64,000 nt of DNA, taken from positions 3,303-67,302 of the forward strand of contig JARIGQ010000004.1 in NCBI GenBank assembly GCA_029288775.1. Reading direction: 5' to 3'. The number at the start of each line of letters is the position of its first letter. Within the stretch, counting starts at the first letter, position 1. The position numbers were made by a program, and so were the translations under genes. Source of the stretch: Candidatus Nomurabacteria bacterium (lineage in GTDB: Bacteria > Patescibacteriota > Minisyncoccia > Phycocordibacterales > UBA5272). Below, in pieces: positions 19,096 to 34,000 of this stretch. Below the pieces are notes generated by a model that made no database searches, was not told where the DNA came from, and saw nothing but the letters and a program-made list of their open reading frames with translations.

Positions 19096-22000
19096 ATGTC
19101 AAAGCTCAGCAATTCAGGGTTCAGAAAAGTTCTTTCAAGGGTAGCTAACCATATAGCTCTCTTTGTCTTTTCTGGTTTGATTTTTGCATCCAGTACTGCT
19201 TTTGCATTTGCTGCACTTTCTTACTCTGCGCCACGTCAGCCTTTCGCTAGCTTTAAGTTTGCTCACACATTCTCACTTTCAGAACTTTCACCACAGGCTG
19301 TTGCCTCTAAAGTGTTTGCGCTTTCCTATACCTTGCCTTCGGTTGCGCAGAACGTGGCTTCTCTCTCACGCCCACTCGTTGCTTCTATTCCTACTGATCT
19401 TGGATCGGGTGTAACTTTGGCAGATACACTCCCTGTACTTGCGCTTTCACTTCCGGTTATTCCTGCAGGTATCCCTCAGGCAATTGCTCACGAAATTGCT
19501 ACGATTTCCCTTCCACAGATTTCTTTGAATATTCCTGCACTTGCTGTGCGTCCAATTGACGAGCACGCTGTAGTGCTCTCAGGGACAGAGGATCGTTCAA
19601 TCGGCGTTGCAGGTACGGGACTCACACTTGTAGGAGGCATAACTCCTGAGGATGTTGTACCGCATGTGCTTACCTCTACAACATTTACCCTAAGTGCACT
19701 TTCTTCCAAGTTTGCAACATTCACACCTCCTCATGCATCACTTGCGCTTCTTCCTGTTACATCAAAGCAAGGCATGGTGCTTGGGGTAAGTACAACCAAT
19801 ACTGCGCTTGCACAGACGAAAAAGACTCTCCCGCTTATCGACAAGCTTTCTCTTGCGCTTTACTGTTCATTTACCAAGAACAATGTTGACCGTACACGCT
19901 GCAATTATGATGCGATTGCTGACGGTTCTATCCCGGTGTCTACGGCGTCATCTGTAGCTGCAACGACTCCAGCTGCGATTCCAGCAACTCCAAGCAATTT
20001 GTTTACATCTAACGATCAGGGTGTGGCTTCTCCAACCTTTATCACCAAGTACATCACCCAGTACGTAGGTGTCCCAGGAACTCCTGGACGTGATGGTAAG
20101 GATGGTGTAAATGGAGTTACTTCTACAGTAAACGGTATTCTTCCTCCAGCAGGGTTGGGATCATACATTATCCCTTCATATTCTTCACCTTCAACAGCAA
20201 TCGGCATTTCTACTATCGGCTACCTGAAGGATACAACCATCGAGAATCCAACAATTACCCAAGGTACTGCCGTTAATCTCTCCCTCACGACTCCGATCCT
20301 TAATAGTCCAACGCTTAAGGATGCGGTGTTTACAGGCCTTTCTCTTTTCACTAGTCCAGCATCGTTTACTTCAACGGTTGCAATCAACAGCCTTACAGCA
20401 ACATCATCCGTTATTACTAACGCAAGTACGACAAATGCATATATTGCAAATCTCTTCGTAGATGCCGCTACTTCTACCAATTCATACGTAAGCCAGCTTG
20501 TAGCGGCTTCATCTACACTCTCTGATGCTGTTATCACTAATTCCACAACTACGAATGCGTACATCGCAAATCTCGTTGCTGCATCTTCCACACTTACGGA
20601 TCTTATTGCAACGAATGCTGCGTTTACAAACTCCACAACAACCAATGCGTTCATCTCCAGTCTTGCGCTCGTAAACGGCAGCACGACCAACTCCACCACT
20701 ACGAACTCGTATATCACGAATCTCTTTACGCATAATGCAACGACGACCAATGCCATCATAACCAATTCGACTACTACTAACGCATATATCACTTCTCTTG
20801 CGGCGGCTTCAACGACAATCGATGATCTTGTAACCACTCGCGCAACATCAACCGCTCTTTTTGCAAATCTTCTTTCTGCAATCGATACATTTATCACCAA
20901 CCTTACTGCTACCAACCTCACCGCAACCAACGCAACTGTTGCAAATGCAACGACAACCAACTCAACTACCACTAACGCGTATGTTGCCAATCTCTCTACG
21001 GATAATGCCACAACAACAAATGCATATGTAACAAACCTTACAGCATCATCCACAACAATTGGAGATTTAATAACCACTCGCGCAACATCAACCGCATTCT
21101 TCTCAACACTTCTTTCTGCAATCGATACATTTATTACGAATCTTACGGCTATCAACTTAAACGCAACCAATGCAACTATTGCAAACGCCACCACGACTAA
21201 TTCAACAACCACGAATGCATATATTGAAAATCTCTCTGTAGGTACAAGTTCCGCAACATCGCTTACAATAGGTGGCGATCTAAGCGTAGGTGGCACTTCA
21301 ACGTTCGCGACAACCTCATCCACCTATGCAGCGATTGATACTGCATCGACAACCAATCTTTCTGGTACTAACTTCTGGTCTACGCTTGCAACTATCATAA
21401 GCGCAACTATCACGAATCTTATTGCAACCAATGCAACCACTACCAACGCTACCTCTACCAACTTTTATGCTTCAAACGGAGTTATCGATAACGCGACTAC
21501 GACAAATCTCTTCACACAGACGCTTTCTGTAGGTAATGGATACATCCAGGGAGATCAGTCAGTGCAAGGATCATTTAATGTAGCGGGCACTTCTACACTC
21601 GGATCCAATGTATTCCTTAATGGTAATGTGGTGATCGGTACTTCAAGTAATGAATTGCTTACCGTCAATTCTCTCATTAACTCAGATGTTACTCCTGCAC
21701 AGAATAAGGTATATGATCTCGGTACCCCATCATTCTATTGGAGAACGCTTTATGCAGACTCTATCAACGTAAACTCTATTTCTGCGGCATCGACGACAAT
21801 TTCTGGAACTTCAAACAATTCGTTTACGATTAATTCAGACAATAATACTAACGACCTCGAAGATTCTCAGCTTGTGTTCTACCGCGGTCTCGTAACGCCA
21901 AATGCCATCCTGCGCTGGAATTCTGCCCTTAGCCGTCTCGAGGCTAATCAGTCATTCAAGATTCAGAACGAAACTCCTTCAGTGGGAACCACTACGCTTA

Positions 22001-25000
22001 CCGTACAAGCGGGTGCAGGACAAGGAACAACCAATCTCTTTGAGCTTTTGGATAATTCTGGAAGCAAGCTTGCTATGTTTAATTCTCAAGGATGGCTTGG
22101 CATCGGTACTTCAAGTCCGGTTGCTGCGCTCGATGTAAATGGTCCTATTAAGTCCGGCGGTGATGTGAAGAATGTGCTCAATATAAATGACAAGGGTTCG
22201 GGTAACTTGCAGTCAACCTTGCGCATCCTTACCAATATTCCATATGCAGATGGCCTTCAAGCCCTAGACGCTATAACTATTACAGGTTATGACTGGCGAA
22301 ATAGCAAACCTCTCAGCCTCCGTCTAGTCTTTTATATCTTTGGCGGAAACTTCATTCAGTACGGCGCTTCTTCCCAGGGCGGACTTGCTCCACGAATATC
22401 ACTTGGAAACGTTAATGGAAAGGTGGCAATTTTGCTTGACCGTTCATCTGGAGGAGGAGGTGGAGACTGGGCGTTCTCTACACTATCTGTTGATGTGATG
22501 AATAATAACAATCTCTGGACTCAGTCAGATCTTTCAGGATGGTCCTATGATTACGGCAATCTTTCAGGAGCATCCAATGTTGTTGCGCTTTCATATTCAA
22601 GCCAGCTCGGTAATGCCTCAACTACCGGTCTTACTGCTACCAATATTTTCTCAACAACACTTGCAGTTACCGGTACTTCTACATTTGGTACTAATGGAAG
22701 CAACGTGGGAATCGGTACAACAAGTCCGCAAGCAACGCTTGAAGTAGCGGGTGCAGCTGCTGGTCTTACAGTGAATCGTACTCATGTACAATGCGGGGCT
22801 TCAATTGGGCTGGTTAATAATTCGAATGTTTCAAATTCATGGTCATTTAAGAATAGCGATTCACCTTGTACTCCGGGCACGCTTGGTAATTTGTATTTTA
22901 TCCAGAATTCTACAGAAAAAATGGTTCTTACCTCTGGAGGTGTTCTTGGCATCGGTAGTACCACTCCAAGCCTTAAGCTTACGGTGCAGGGAGCTGCATA
23001 TATAGGAGGAAATATTGTTGCAACAGGCACGCTTTCATTGGGTACAAGTACACTCTTTACTACAAGTGCAGGAAATGTTGGCATCGGTACGAGTACTCCT
23101 TTGGCAAAGTTTGCTATCGTGGATTCCAACCAGACTTCAACATCCTCGAGTGGGGCTGTTGGAATGGCTAATGCAAATCTCTCTATCTTTACCAACCAAT
23201 TTGGCCAAGACTTTGGTGGGTCAGTTGGATTTGGCGGATACCAGGGTTCGTCCGGGCAGCAAACTTTGTTTGGTCAAATTTCTGGTCGCAAAGAAAATGC
23301 TTCAGATCCAAATGCTCGTGGTTATCTGGCTTTCTCTACTCTAGGAACAGGTGCTGGAGTTGCCTACCCATTTGCAGAACGCGTGCGTATTAGTAGCGAT
23401 GGTTCACTTGTGATCAACAGCAATGGATATGATGCAACTTCAACCAAGCTCCTTATTGTAAAGGGGTCAGCAAGCCAGGCGGTGAACCTTCAGGAATGGC
23501 AGAATAGCTTCGGTACAGCACTTTCTGTTGTAGATGCTTCAGGTAATCTTGGGTTAGGCACATCAACTCCAGGTTCTAAGCTTTCCGTACAAGGTAGTGC
23601 ATATATTGGCGGAAATTTTACGGCAACCGGTACGCTTACCACACTTGGAACAGGGAGCTCATCAATTGCAGGAGCTTTGGGGGTAGGTATTGCGTCTCCA
23701 AGTTATTTCCTCGATGTGGTTCCACCATCAGGAACTGCTGTAGACCTCTTCAGGGTTGCATCTTCGACCAGTCCTGGAGGGGCACTTGTTGTGAAGAATA
23801 ATGGTAGTGTAGGTATCGGTACAACTACTCCACTTAACACGCTTGTGGTCAGTGGTCCGGCACTAGGAGGTATTACTATCGACAGAGGTAATTCCAATTC
23901 ACCAAACCTTACGTTCTCTTCTAATGGAACTACCATCCTTAGCCAGATTCGCGGTGTCATTGGTGGAGGTATGGCGTTTACTTCCAGCAGCTTAACAGAG
24001 TGGGGTCATTTTGACGCGAGCGGTAACTTCGGTATCGGAACTTCGAGTCCGGCTTCTCCACTCCACGTATATAGCAATAGCAGTAATGCTTACATTATTA
24101 CTGATACTTCGGGAACAAATAATACCGGTGTACAATTCAGACGGGACAATACTATTAAGTGGCAGCTTTTCTCTGATAGTCTTGATAACTTCGGGATCTT
24201 TGATGGAACTAATAAGATTGCAACTATCCAAAGAGGTGCTCCAGCGAATAGCTTGTTTGTTCTTGCTAATGGAAATGTTGGGGTAGGTACTTCAACTCCA
24301 GGTTCTAAGCTTTCCGTTCAAGGAGATTCATACTTGGCTGGTAATGTGACCGCAACGGGTACGCTTACTGTCCTTACTAGTGGTACTAGTCGTATCGGTT
24401 CTGTTTCAAGATATGTAACCATGTTTGATAATGGGAGCGGACAAGTTGAACTTGCTTTCAATGGTTCGGACGCTAATGCTTCCCGCATTTCGACGGATAA
24501 CAATGATCTTTGGATTAGGCCTGCGACGGGTGTTATCGGTATTGCAGCAGGTACAACTTCTCCACGCCTCAAGATTGGTTCAATCTCATCTGGATGGGGA
24601 ATGCAGACGACACTCGCTGCTCCGATGAACTTTGAAAGCCTTAGTGTAGATATCAATACCAATCCTTTTGTATTCAACCGAGTAGGTGCATGGGGAGGTA
24701 ATCCAAACGTAAAATTGTTTAAGGTGCAGGACGCAGGCAACGATGTCTTTTCAGTGGGTGGTGTACTCAATGCCATTAATGGTTTGACTGTTGGTCCATC
24801 TGCAACAAGTGGTATGGTTTCTCTCACTGCTGTGGGTCTAGATACCAATATTCCGTTTGCTATCAACGCAAAGGGTAGCGGATCTATCAACATTGGAGGA
24901 ACAAGTACAGGAAATATTGTTCTTGCAACTGGAGGAGGTAGTGTGGCTATTGGTACAAGTAGTCCATCTAGCCAGTTGGAAGTTTCTGGAGGAGCAGCCA

Positions 25001-28000
25001 GTTCATATCTTACTCTTTCTACAAACTCGGGAGTACAAGCTACAGGAATCAAACTTGTGGCTAGCGGTACCACAACTAATTGGATTATTGGTTCTCAAGG
25101 TGGAGCCGTGACTAATTTGCAATTTGTCTCAGGAGCTGGCAATAGTCTTACTTTGGATAGTACGGCAAATATGGTTTTCAGTAATACTAATAACCACAGT
25201 ATTTCTATTGCACAAAACAGTGCAACTAATATTCCAGGTAAGCAATTGACGGTGTCTGCAGGGAACGCGGCACTTGGTTTAGCTACAAACTTTGACGGAG
25301 GAACACTTGTCCTCGCAGCTGGCCAGTCAACAGGAACAGGAACAGGAAAGATTCAATTCCAGACTTCTCCAGCAGGATCATCTGGTACAGCAACAAATAC
25401 GTTGATTACCGCGATGACTATTCTTGGCGGTGGCAACGTAGGTATCGGTACTTCAACCCCAGGCTCGCTCTTTTCAGTACAGGGTAATTCATATATCGGA
25501 GGTAATGAGACAGCAACTGGTACACTTACAGTGCTAGGTACAGGGAATTCTTCCTTTGCTGGAAACGTAGGAATAGGTACGACAACTCCAGGTAATCCTC
25601 TAGTTATTACTGCAAGTGGGGTCACAAGTAGCCTTTTCAGTATCGCAAGCAGTACCGGTGCAAACTTGGTACAGCTTGCATCTGATGGTGTAACGGGAAG
25701 CTCTCTATTTAACGCAAGTACAGGTGAAAATCGTTTCAACATCAACCCTAATGGTCAATATGTGCGTGTAAGTGGTGCGGGTGTATACGGTTGGTCGCCA
25801 AGTACAAATGCAGGCGTTAGTGCTGATACAGGTCTCTCGCGCATTTCAGCAGGAGTAGTTGCTGTAGGAAATGGAACGACAGGATCAGCAGCAGGTACGC
25901 TTGTTGCTGGAGCAATCGGTATTGGTACTACCACTCCTTCTGCAAAGTTGATGATTGACGGAACTATCGCAAATACCAACTCAGGTCAGGGGCTTGTTAT
26001 TTCTGCAACTAATGGTACAACTGTTGGTCCACGCCTCGCAATCTTCCCAAATGGCAACGCTTCCGCAGCTATTCAAACGCTCGTAAACGGAGCACTTAAC
26101 TTCCTCAGTTCAGCTGGTAACGTGAATATGACTATTGCTGATGCTACGGGAAACGTAGGCATTGGAACTTCAACCCCAGGTTCTAGGCTTTCAGTTCAAG
26201 GAGATTCATATTTTGGAGGGAACCTTACTGCAACAGGCACTATTACTTCGCTTAGTGCTGGTAATTCATACTTTGCTGGAAATATTGGTATTGGCACTTC
26301 ATCTCCAACTCATGCGCTTACATTTGCTTCTACTTCAAGCGGTATTGCTTTCTACAACACTTCAGATCAGACTACTAATTATGAACGCTTCGTAGAGGCA
26401 TGGAATCCTTCCAATAATACCTTTAATCTATTCCAGTCTTTTGGTGGAAGTGCAGCAAATAGAAGTGTTCGTCTAGGTATTGCAGGTGGAGCAGGGGCAA
26501 CTGCACCAGATTCATATTTAGATGTTGTCTCAAACGGAACATTCAATTTCCGTTCCGCTAATCCTGCAGCAACTACATACACAACTCTAGGATTAGGGGC
26601 ACTTCAGAACGCTTCTTCGTATAATCAGACAACTGTTGCTATTACGCCAACTATCAATCAGTCTGGAACAGGTTCTTACACAGCGCTCCTCATCAATCCT
26701 ACAGAAACAGGCGTTGGTTCAGGAAACAATTATCTTATTAATGCTCAGGTAGGTGGATCAACTCGTATGGTGCTGACAAATACTGGTAATCTCGGTATCG
26801 GTACTACTACTCCACTTTCAAAATTTGTGATTGATAGTGGTAGTGCGGTAATCCGAGGTACTAATAACAATCTTCAAGTTGTTGATAACGGTACGGGAAG
26901 GAGCTTTGTGTTTGGTGTAGCAGGAACTTCGGGGGGCTTCTTTAACAATGCGACTATTGGTGATAGTATCTTGCGTGCGTCCACCGGTAATAAGATGATG
27001 CTCGGTATCGATAATGGTACGGGAAATGCTGCACCGGTGCTTACTATCAGTGGTACTAATGTCGGTATCGGCACAACTACTCCAGGACGCTATCTCACCA
27101 TCCAAGCAGTTGCTGGATCATCGGCAGGATTTGATCTTGCCGATCCTAATACTAATCAGGTGTGGTCGTTTATCAATGGCACCACAGGTTCTCCTGTGGG
27201 CGCAGGCAATTTTGCGATTTATGATACCACGAATCAAGCTACTAGAATGGTTGTTTCTAACGCAGGAAACGTAGGTGTCGGTACCACTACCCCAGGCTCA
27301 CTTCTTTCAGTACAAGGAAATGGTTACTTCGGTGGGAACCTTACAGCAACAGGAACATTAAGTGTACTTGGTTCTGCAACTTCTACATTTGCCGGAGCGG
27401 TTGGTATTGGGACGACAACCCCAAGTTACAATCTTAGTGTTGTAGGAAATACATATACATCAGGTTCTATCAATTTTGGAGGGGCCGGAAACAATAATCT
27501 TGGAGTGTTGTCTCAAGTGGGTACAAATGATACTTATCTTTCAAATCACCTACATACTCAATTCGGCCTTTGGGTTCGTTCAACGGATACTAATAGGGTA
27601 AAAGGAATGGACCAATCTAGCGGTAATAGTTCTAACCTGGGATTGTATGTAAACTTCGGAGAAAAAATGACAATTGATACCAACGGAAATGTAGGTATCG
27701 GAACTACAACCCCGGGATCTAAGCTCTCCGTACAAGGTGATGCTTATATAGGAGGAAATGTTACTGCAACGGGTACGTTTGCAATCGGTACAAGTACACT
27801 CTTTACAAATACTGCTGGGCAGGTAGGTATTGGTACTACCAACCCTTCATACCGCCTTGACGTGCGTACCACGGGAGCTGCGACAGGTCTTGCTATTTGG
27901 GATGGTTCAAATGGAAGTATCTTTGGAAGATTTGGAATCACAAGAGTTGGTGCTACAGCTAATACGTTTTCATTTATAAACTATCCTTCCTATGCGTTTG

Positions 28001-31000
28001 ATGCGACTACAACTATTTCAAGTGGAAACTTCGGTATCGGTACAACCACACCAGGTTCTAAGCTAGCGGTACAAGGGGATGGCTACTTCGGAGGTAACCT
28101 TACTGCAACTGGGACTATCACAGCACTTGGAGGATTTACAAACTTCGGAAGCACCACGCTTACGGATGCATCTTCTACCAATCTTACTGCAACTAACTTC
28201 TGGTCTACGCTTGCAAATCTCGTTACGGCAAACATTACGAATGCATCGACGACCAACCTTTCGGCAACCGGCGCAACCTTTGGTGATGCTTCCATCACAA
28301 ACACGCTTACCGTTGCTTCAAACACAAGCCTTGCAACTACTACTATCTCTGGATACTTGGGAGTTGGCACGACGAGTCCTTCTCAGCTCCTTACTGTAGG
28401 TAACAACAATCAATTCACGGTAAGTTCTACAGGTACGGTCGCTATCTCTTCTGCGGGTCAGTTGAGTTTTACTGGAGGTAGTATCTGGCCTATCATTACT
28501 CGCAACACTGCAACTGGTGGACTTATTCTTAATACTCAAAATGCTGTAACAAGCTCAAACAGTCTGCTCTCTATTCGTACCAATGGCGGTTCGGATGCGT
28601 TTACACTCCTTGCAGATGGACGTCTTGGACTCGGCACCTCAACTCCAGCTTCGAAGCTAACTATTATTTCACCTGATAATTCACAGGGGACAAGTATTGT
28701 AGCCGCATATGCTAACAATCTTACCCAAGGAACCTCGCTTCGTTATGACGGTCTCTATGCTATCGGAAGCAATTCATCAGTAGACGTGCGGCTTGTTCCT
28801 CAAGGGGTTGGACGTGTACTTATCCCTAATGGGAACGTTGGTATCGGTACAAGTACACCTTTAAGTGTTCTTCATATTGAAGGAACAAACAGTTCTGCTG
28901 GAGGTATTACTCTTACAAGTAGCGCGGGCAATGTAAACAGGTTCCAGATTTTCCCACTGGGGTCTATTAGTACTGCATTCAAAAATATGGGTGGAGGCGA
29001 TACTCAATTCCAAAACTCCGCTGGAACAGCACAGCTCTCTATTCAGACAAGTACGGGAAATGTCGGTATCGGTACCACTACCCCAGGCTCGCTTCTTTCG
29101 GTACAAGGTGATTCATACTTCGGTGGTAACGTTACTGCAACAGGAACACTAAGTGTACTTGGTTCTGCGACTTCTACATTTGCCGGAGCGGTCGGTATTG
29201 GCACAACAACTCCGCAGTGGAAATTGAGCGTAGAAGATCCTACAAGTGCATTTATTACTCTTAACAACAGTACTGGTAACGCAGGAACATTTGCTGGAGT
29301 CCGCTTCCAGATAGCAGGTAAGGACAGATATACCGCAGCCCTTAATGCTGGTGGTGATCAAATCTATTCTCGTTTCAATGCAAGTGGTGCATATCAAAAT
29401 GATGTTCTTGCCTTGAAGTCAACGGGAGATGTCGCATTTAATACAAATCAGCTTTATGTTACTAATGCAACAGGCAACGTTGGTATTGGTACTTCCACTC
29501 CGGGGACAAATTTGGTAGTCGGAAATAGTGGAGCGTTTACTGTAAATAGCAGTGGTCAGGTTACCACGGGGAGTACGCTTACTATGGCTGGAAGCAATAA
29601 CGCGATTACGGCATATAACGGTATAGGCGGATCAGGTATCTTCGGTCTTAGTCGTCAAAACGATGTAGCGAATGCTTCCCTTCAGATCGCTGCCTACGGA
29701 GGAATTGGTTTCACTGTTAATAGTGCAGGAGGTTCGATAACACCGGCATCTACCTCTTCAAGCATGTTCATTGCAACATCTGGAAATGTGGGTATCGGAA
29801 CAACCACACCAACCAAGAGTTTGAGTGTTATCAATTCAAGCTTAGGTGGAGATCAGTTGCTTCTTGGTAGCACCGGTACTGCGAATCCTGCATTTCTCCA
29901 AATGGGCGTAGCGGATACGGGATCCAATACTACAGTTGATCTAAGTGCGATCAATAATGCTTCTCAAAATGCATACGTGCGTCTTTTCCGTCAGACAAAT
30001 ACTATAGGGTCTAAGGTGTTCCAAATTCTTAAGGGTGATGGTACCGCAAATGCGGATACTCAAATTACCGTTGCGGGTACAACCTTCTTCAATCTTGGAG
30101 GTGGAAACGTGGGTGTTGGTTCATCTTCTCCGGTAGGGCGCCTCGCCGTTACAGGGTCTGGACTTTCAAATGGTATTGCGTTCCAAATTACAGACGCCTC
30201 CAACACTCCTCGATTTACATTACAGGACAATGGTACGACTACTTTTGGACAGCTTGCTACCAACACTAATGCAATTCTTTTGAGTTCTCAGAATGGTACG
30301 CTTTCAGAAGTGTATGACAATAGCGATATGCGATGGAGTCTTGATTCTAATGGATCTGTTCGTTACGGACTCAGCGCAGGAGGTACTTCACAGCTGGGAA
30401 CACTCCGCTTAGGTTCGGGGGGAAGTGTTAGTCCGAGCTCTTATTCATACATAACAGGAGGCGGAGCAGGTCAAGCACAATTGAACTTCTTCGTTGGTTC
30501 CACCTCGTCTCCTTCTATTACACTTACCAATTCTGGAAAGGTGGGAGTAGGTACTACTTCGCCAGTTGATCCTTTCCATGTGATTGGAAATGGTCGCTTT
30601 ATGACGTCAGGATCATCTGAGTATTTGACTGTGGGAACATATGATAGCAATAACGCTTACCTTCGTTATGCGACATTCAACGTATCTCGCTTCGTAACGG
30701 GTGTGGACGCATCGGATGGTAAGTACAAGATTGGTACAGGAAATGACTTTTCTGCTACAAAGTTTGCTATCGATACAAATGGAAATGTGGGCATCGGTAC
30801 AACAAGTCCAATCAGTGTTTTGCATATCGTTGCATCAAATGCCACTATTTCTCTTCAGTCCACCACCACTAATGGTTTTTCCGGTCAAAACATGTACGAC
30901 AGCAATGGAAACTTGGCAGCTTCCTTCCAATATGGAAATAGTGCTGCGTCGGTTTTCCCGAATGCGATGTTCTTAGGTACAAGAATTGCCAATGCACCTG

Positions 31001-34000
31001 TTATATTTATTAGCGGCGGTTCTGCAAGCGGTGGTTCTACTAATGAACGAATGAGAATTGATTCAAATGGTAACGTAGGTATTGGTACTTCAACACCAAG
31101 TTACCCATTGGATGTGAGTGGTTTCATTAATACTGACAAAAACTCAGGATACAAAATGGATGGTCTTACTGTGCTCTACTCGACATCTACCCAGCAATCC
31201 GTGTTTGTTGGTCAAGGTGCAGGAGCTGGAATTGTTTCATCTGCTGCAACCACTAGTGTTTTACGCAATACTGCAATGGGATATCTTGCGCTTAACCTTG
31301 CAACTTCCACGGGGTCAAACACAGCATTTGGTGCCCGCACACTTTCAAATGTTCAGTCAGGAGCACAGTCTTTCAATGGAACGGCAAACACTGCAGTAGG
31401 TGCAGGGTCAGGGTTCTCTGTAACCACTGGTTTTGGTAACAGCTCATTCGGTGAATCATCAGGTGGTGCAGTAACAACAGGTGCAGCAAACACATCACTT
31501 GGTTACCGTGCAGGAAATAATATTACTACAGGTAGCAACAACGTAGCTGTCGGTGGATTTACTACAGCTGTAGGTGCGCTCTTCTCAAATCAAACTGGGT
31601 CCAACAACGTAGCAGTGGGTGCTGCAGCGCTTGCAGGAACTACATCGGTAAGTATTTCTTCTAATACCGCAGTGGGACATCTTGCAGGTTTTAATATGCA
31701 AGGCAACAATAACACCTTGCTCGGTTATCAGGCTGGTTATGATATGAGTACGGGTAGCCAGAACATTGTTGTTGGCTACTATCCAACAACAAACGTGGGT
31801 ATTACTACAGGTTCCAACAACATTTTGATTGGTCAGGACTTGCGCACGGGTCTTTCCCAGACGGGTTCCAATCAGCTCAACATTGGTAACCTTATCTTTG
31901 CTACAGGTCTTGGAAGTGGTTCTACACTCAGCACAGGAAATGTTGGTATAGGGACTTCAACTCCAGGGCAAAAGCTCGATGTTGTAGGAAATATTCGTCT
32001 CACTGGAACAGGAAGTAATAGTATTGAGTTCTACGATTCTACAAACGCAGCAAATGGTCCACAGGTACTTTCTTCAATCACGGGCATTAATACTGTAAAC
32101 CATGGTTCCGGCGCTCTTCAGTTCTTTACTGCAATGAATAATACTCTCACTGAAGCGATGAGAATTGACCGAACAGGTAATATTGGAATGGGTACAACTT
32201 CCCCAGGGTCTAAGCTATCTGTACAAGGTGATGGCTACTTCGGTGGTAATCTTACTGCGACGGGAACACTTAACGTACTTGGTACAGGGTCATCCACATT
32301 TGCATCTGACCTTACTGTAAATGGTGATAATGGTCGCATCTATGGAAATTATCTCTTTACAGATCCGGGAAGTGCTGGTTCAACTACTCTACGTCTCGGT
32401 ACACAAGGTGTGGCTCGTCTTCTTCTTTCATCGGCTGATGCAACATTTACAGGAAACATTATTCCAAATGGTGATAATACGAAGACATTGGGCACACTAG
32501 CTGCACGCTTTAATGGACTTAACATCGGTACAGGTAATTCAACTTTTGCTGGAAATGTAGGTATTGGTACAACAACGCCAAATCAGAAGTTGGTAATTTC
32601 TGGAACTTCTCTTTCTGCAACACAGCCAGAAATTAGTTTGTATAACACAGGCTCAGGAGGTATAGGATGGAGCCTCATTTCAACTGATAACAATAACAGC
32701 GCACTTGGAGGTAAGTTTGCCATTCTTCCAACAGGTGGCTCTAGTGTCGTAGCTCCTTTCATTATTAGTGGAAATAACGTAGGAATTGGCACATCTACCC
32801 CAGGATCCAAACTTTCTGTAAATGGTGATTCATACTTGGCTGGTAACGTGACTGCAACGGGCACACTTAACGTGCTCGGTACTGGAACTTCTACATTTGT
32901 CGGAGCTCTCGGGGTAGGGGTTGCTAATCCAAATGCGGTATTCCATGTTTCTTCACCTACAAGTACAAGTAATGTTGTTGCAAGAATTGATAATACGTCT
33001 GGTTCATATGGATGGCTCTTCCAAAATGCTGGAGGTACTACATCAAGAATTGCGCTATATGGCATGGATAATACCGGTGCACAGACACTCCGTCTTGATC
33101 CCGCCGCAGCTTCATATTTCAATGGTGGAAACGTAGGTATCGGTACAACAACCCCAGGGTCACTTCTTTCAGTACAAGGCAATGGTTACTTTGGAGGCAA
33201 TGTGGCTGCAACAGGTACACTTGCAATCGGTACAAGTACACTTTATACAACTGCACAAGGTAATGTAGGTATTGGCACCACAACTCCATTATCGACGCTT
33301 TATGTGGAAGGTTCATCTCCTGTTCTTACTGTCAGTTCAACTGGAGGAAGACAAATAACTATTGCTCCTGCAACAGGCGCTATTGACTCTGTAAATAGTG
33401 CACTTCATTTTAATCGTTTTTCAAGTCAAGCAGTTTCGATCGGATTTAGCAGTGCTTCTCACCTTCGCGTAGGACAGGCTCCAGAAAATTCTTTTGGAAA
33501 TACTGCGCTTCTCTATATAGGAAATACCGAAACAGGTACTCCGGGATTTGTTTTGGACAAGGCACCTGGTCAGACTTCAGATATTCTACAAGTTCGTTCA
33601 GCAACGACAACAACAGGGGATATCTTTACAATCAAGAGTAATGGAAATGTAGGTATCGGCACCACAACTCCTTCCCAACTGCTTACGGTAGGAAATAACA
33701 ACCAATTTACAGTTACAAGCGCTGGTGCAGTAAATATTCCATCAGGAAATCTTTACGCACTTACTATGACTACAGGAGCTATCGCAAACAACAATAGCAA
33801 TACGTATGCAAATCTTGTTTTTGGAAACGCAGGTCTAACAGCTTCACGAAATGTCGCAGACAGCAACCCGTCGCTTATTGTAAATCAGGCGAATGCTAGT
33901 TCAACAGGAGATATATTGGATCTGCAGGCGGCTGGAATTACCAAAGTAGCATTTGCTCAGAATGGAAACGTGGGTATCGGAACTACCTCTCCTCTCTATG

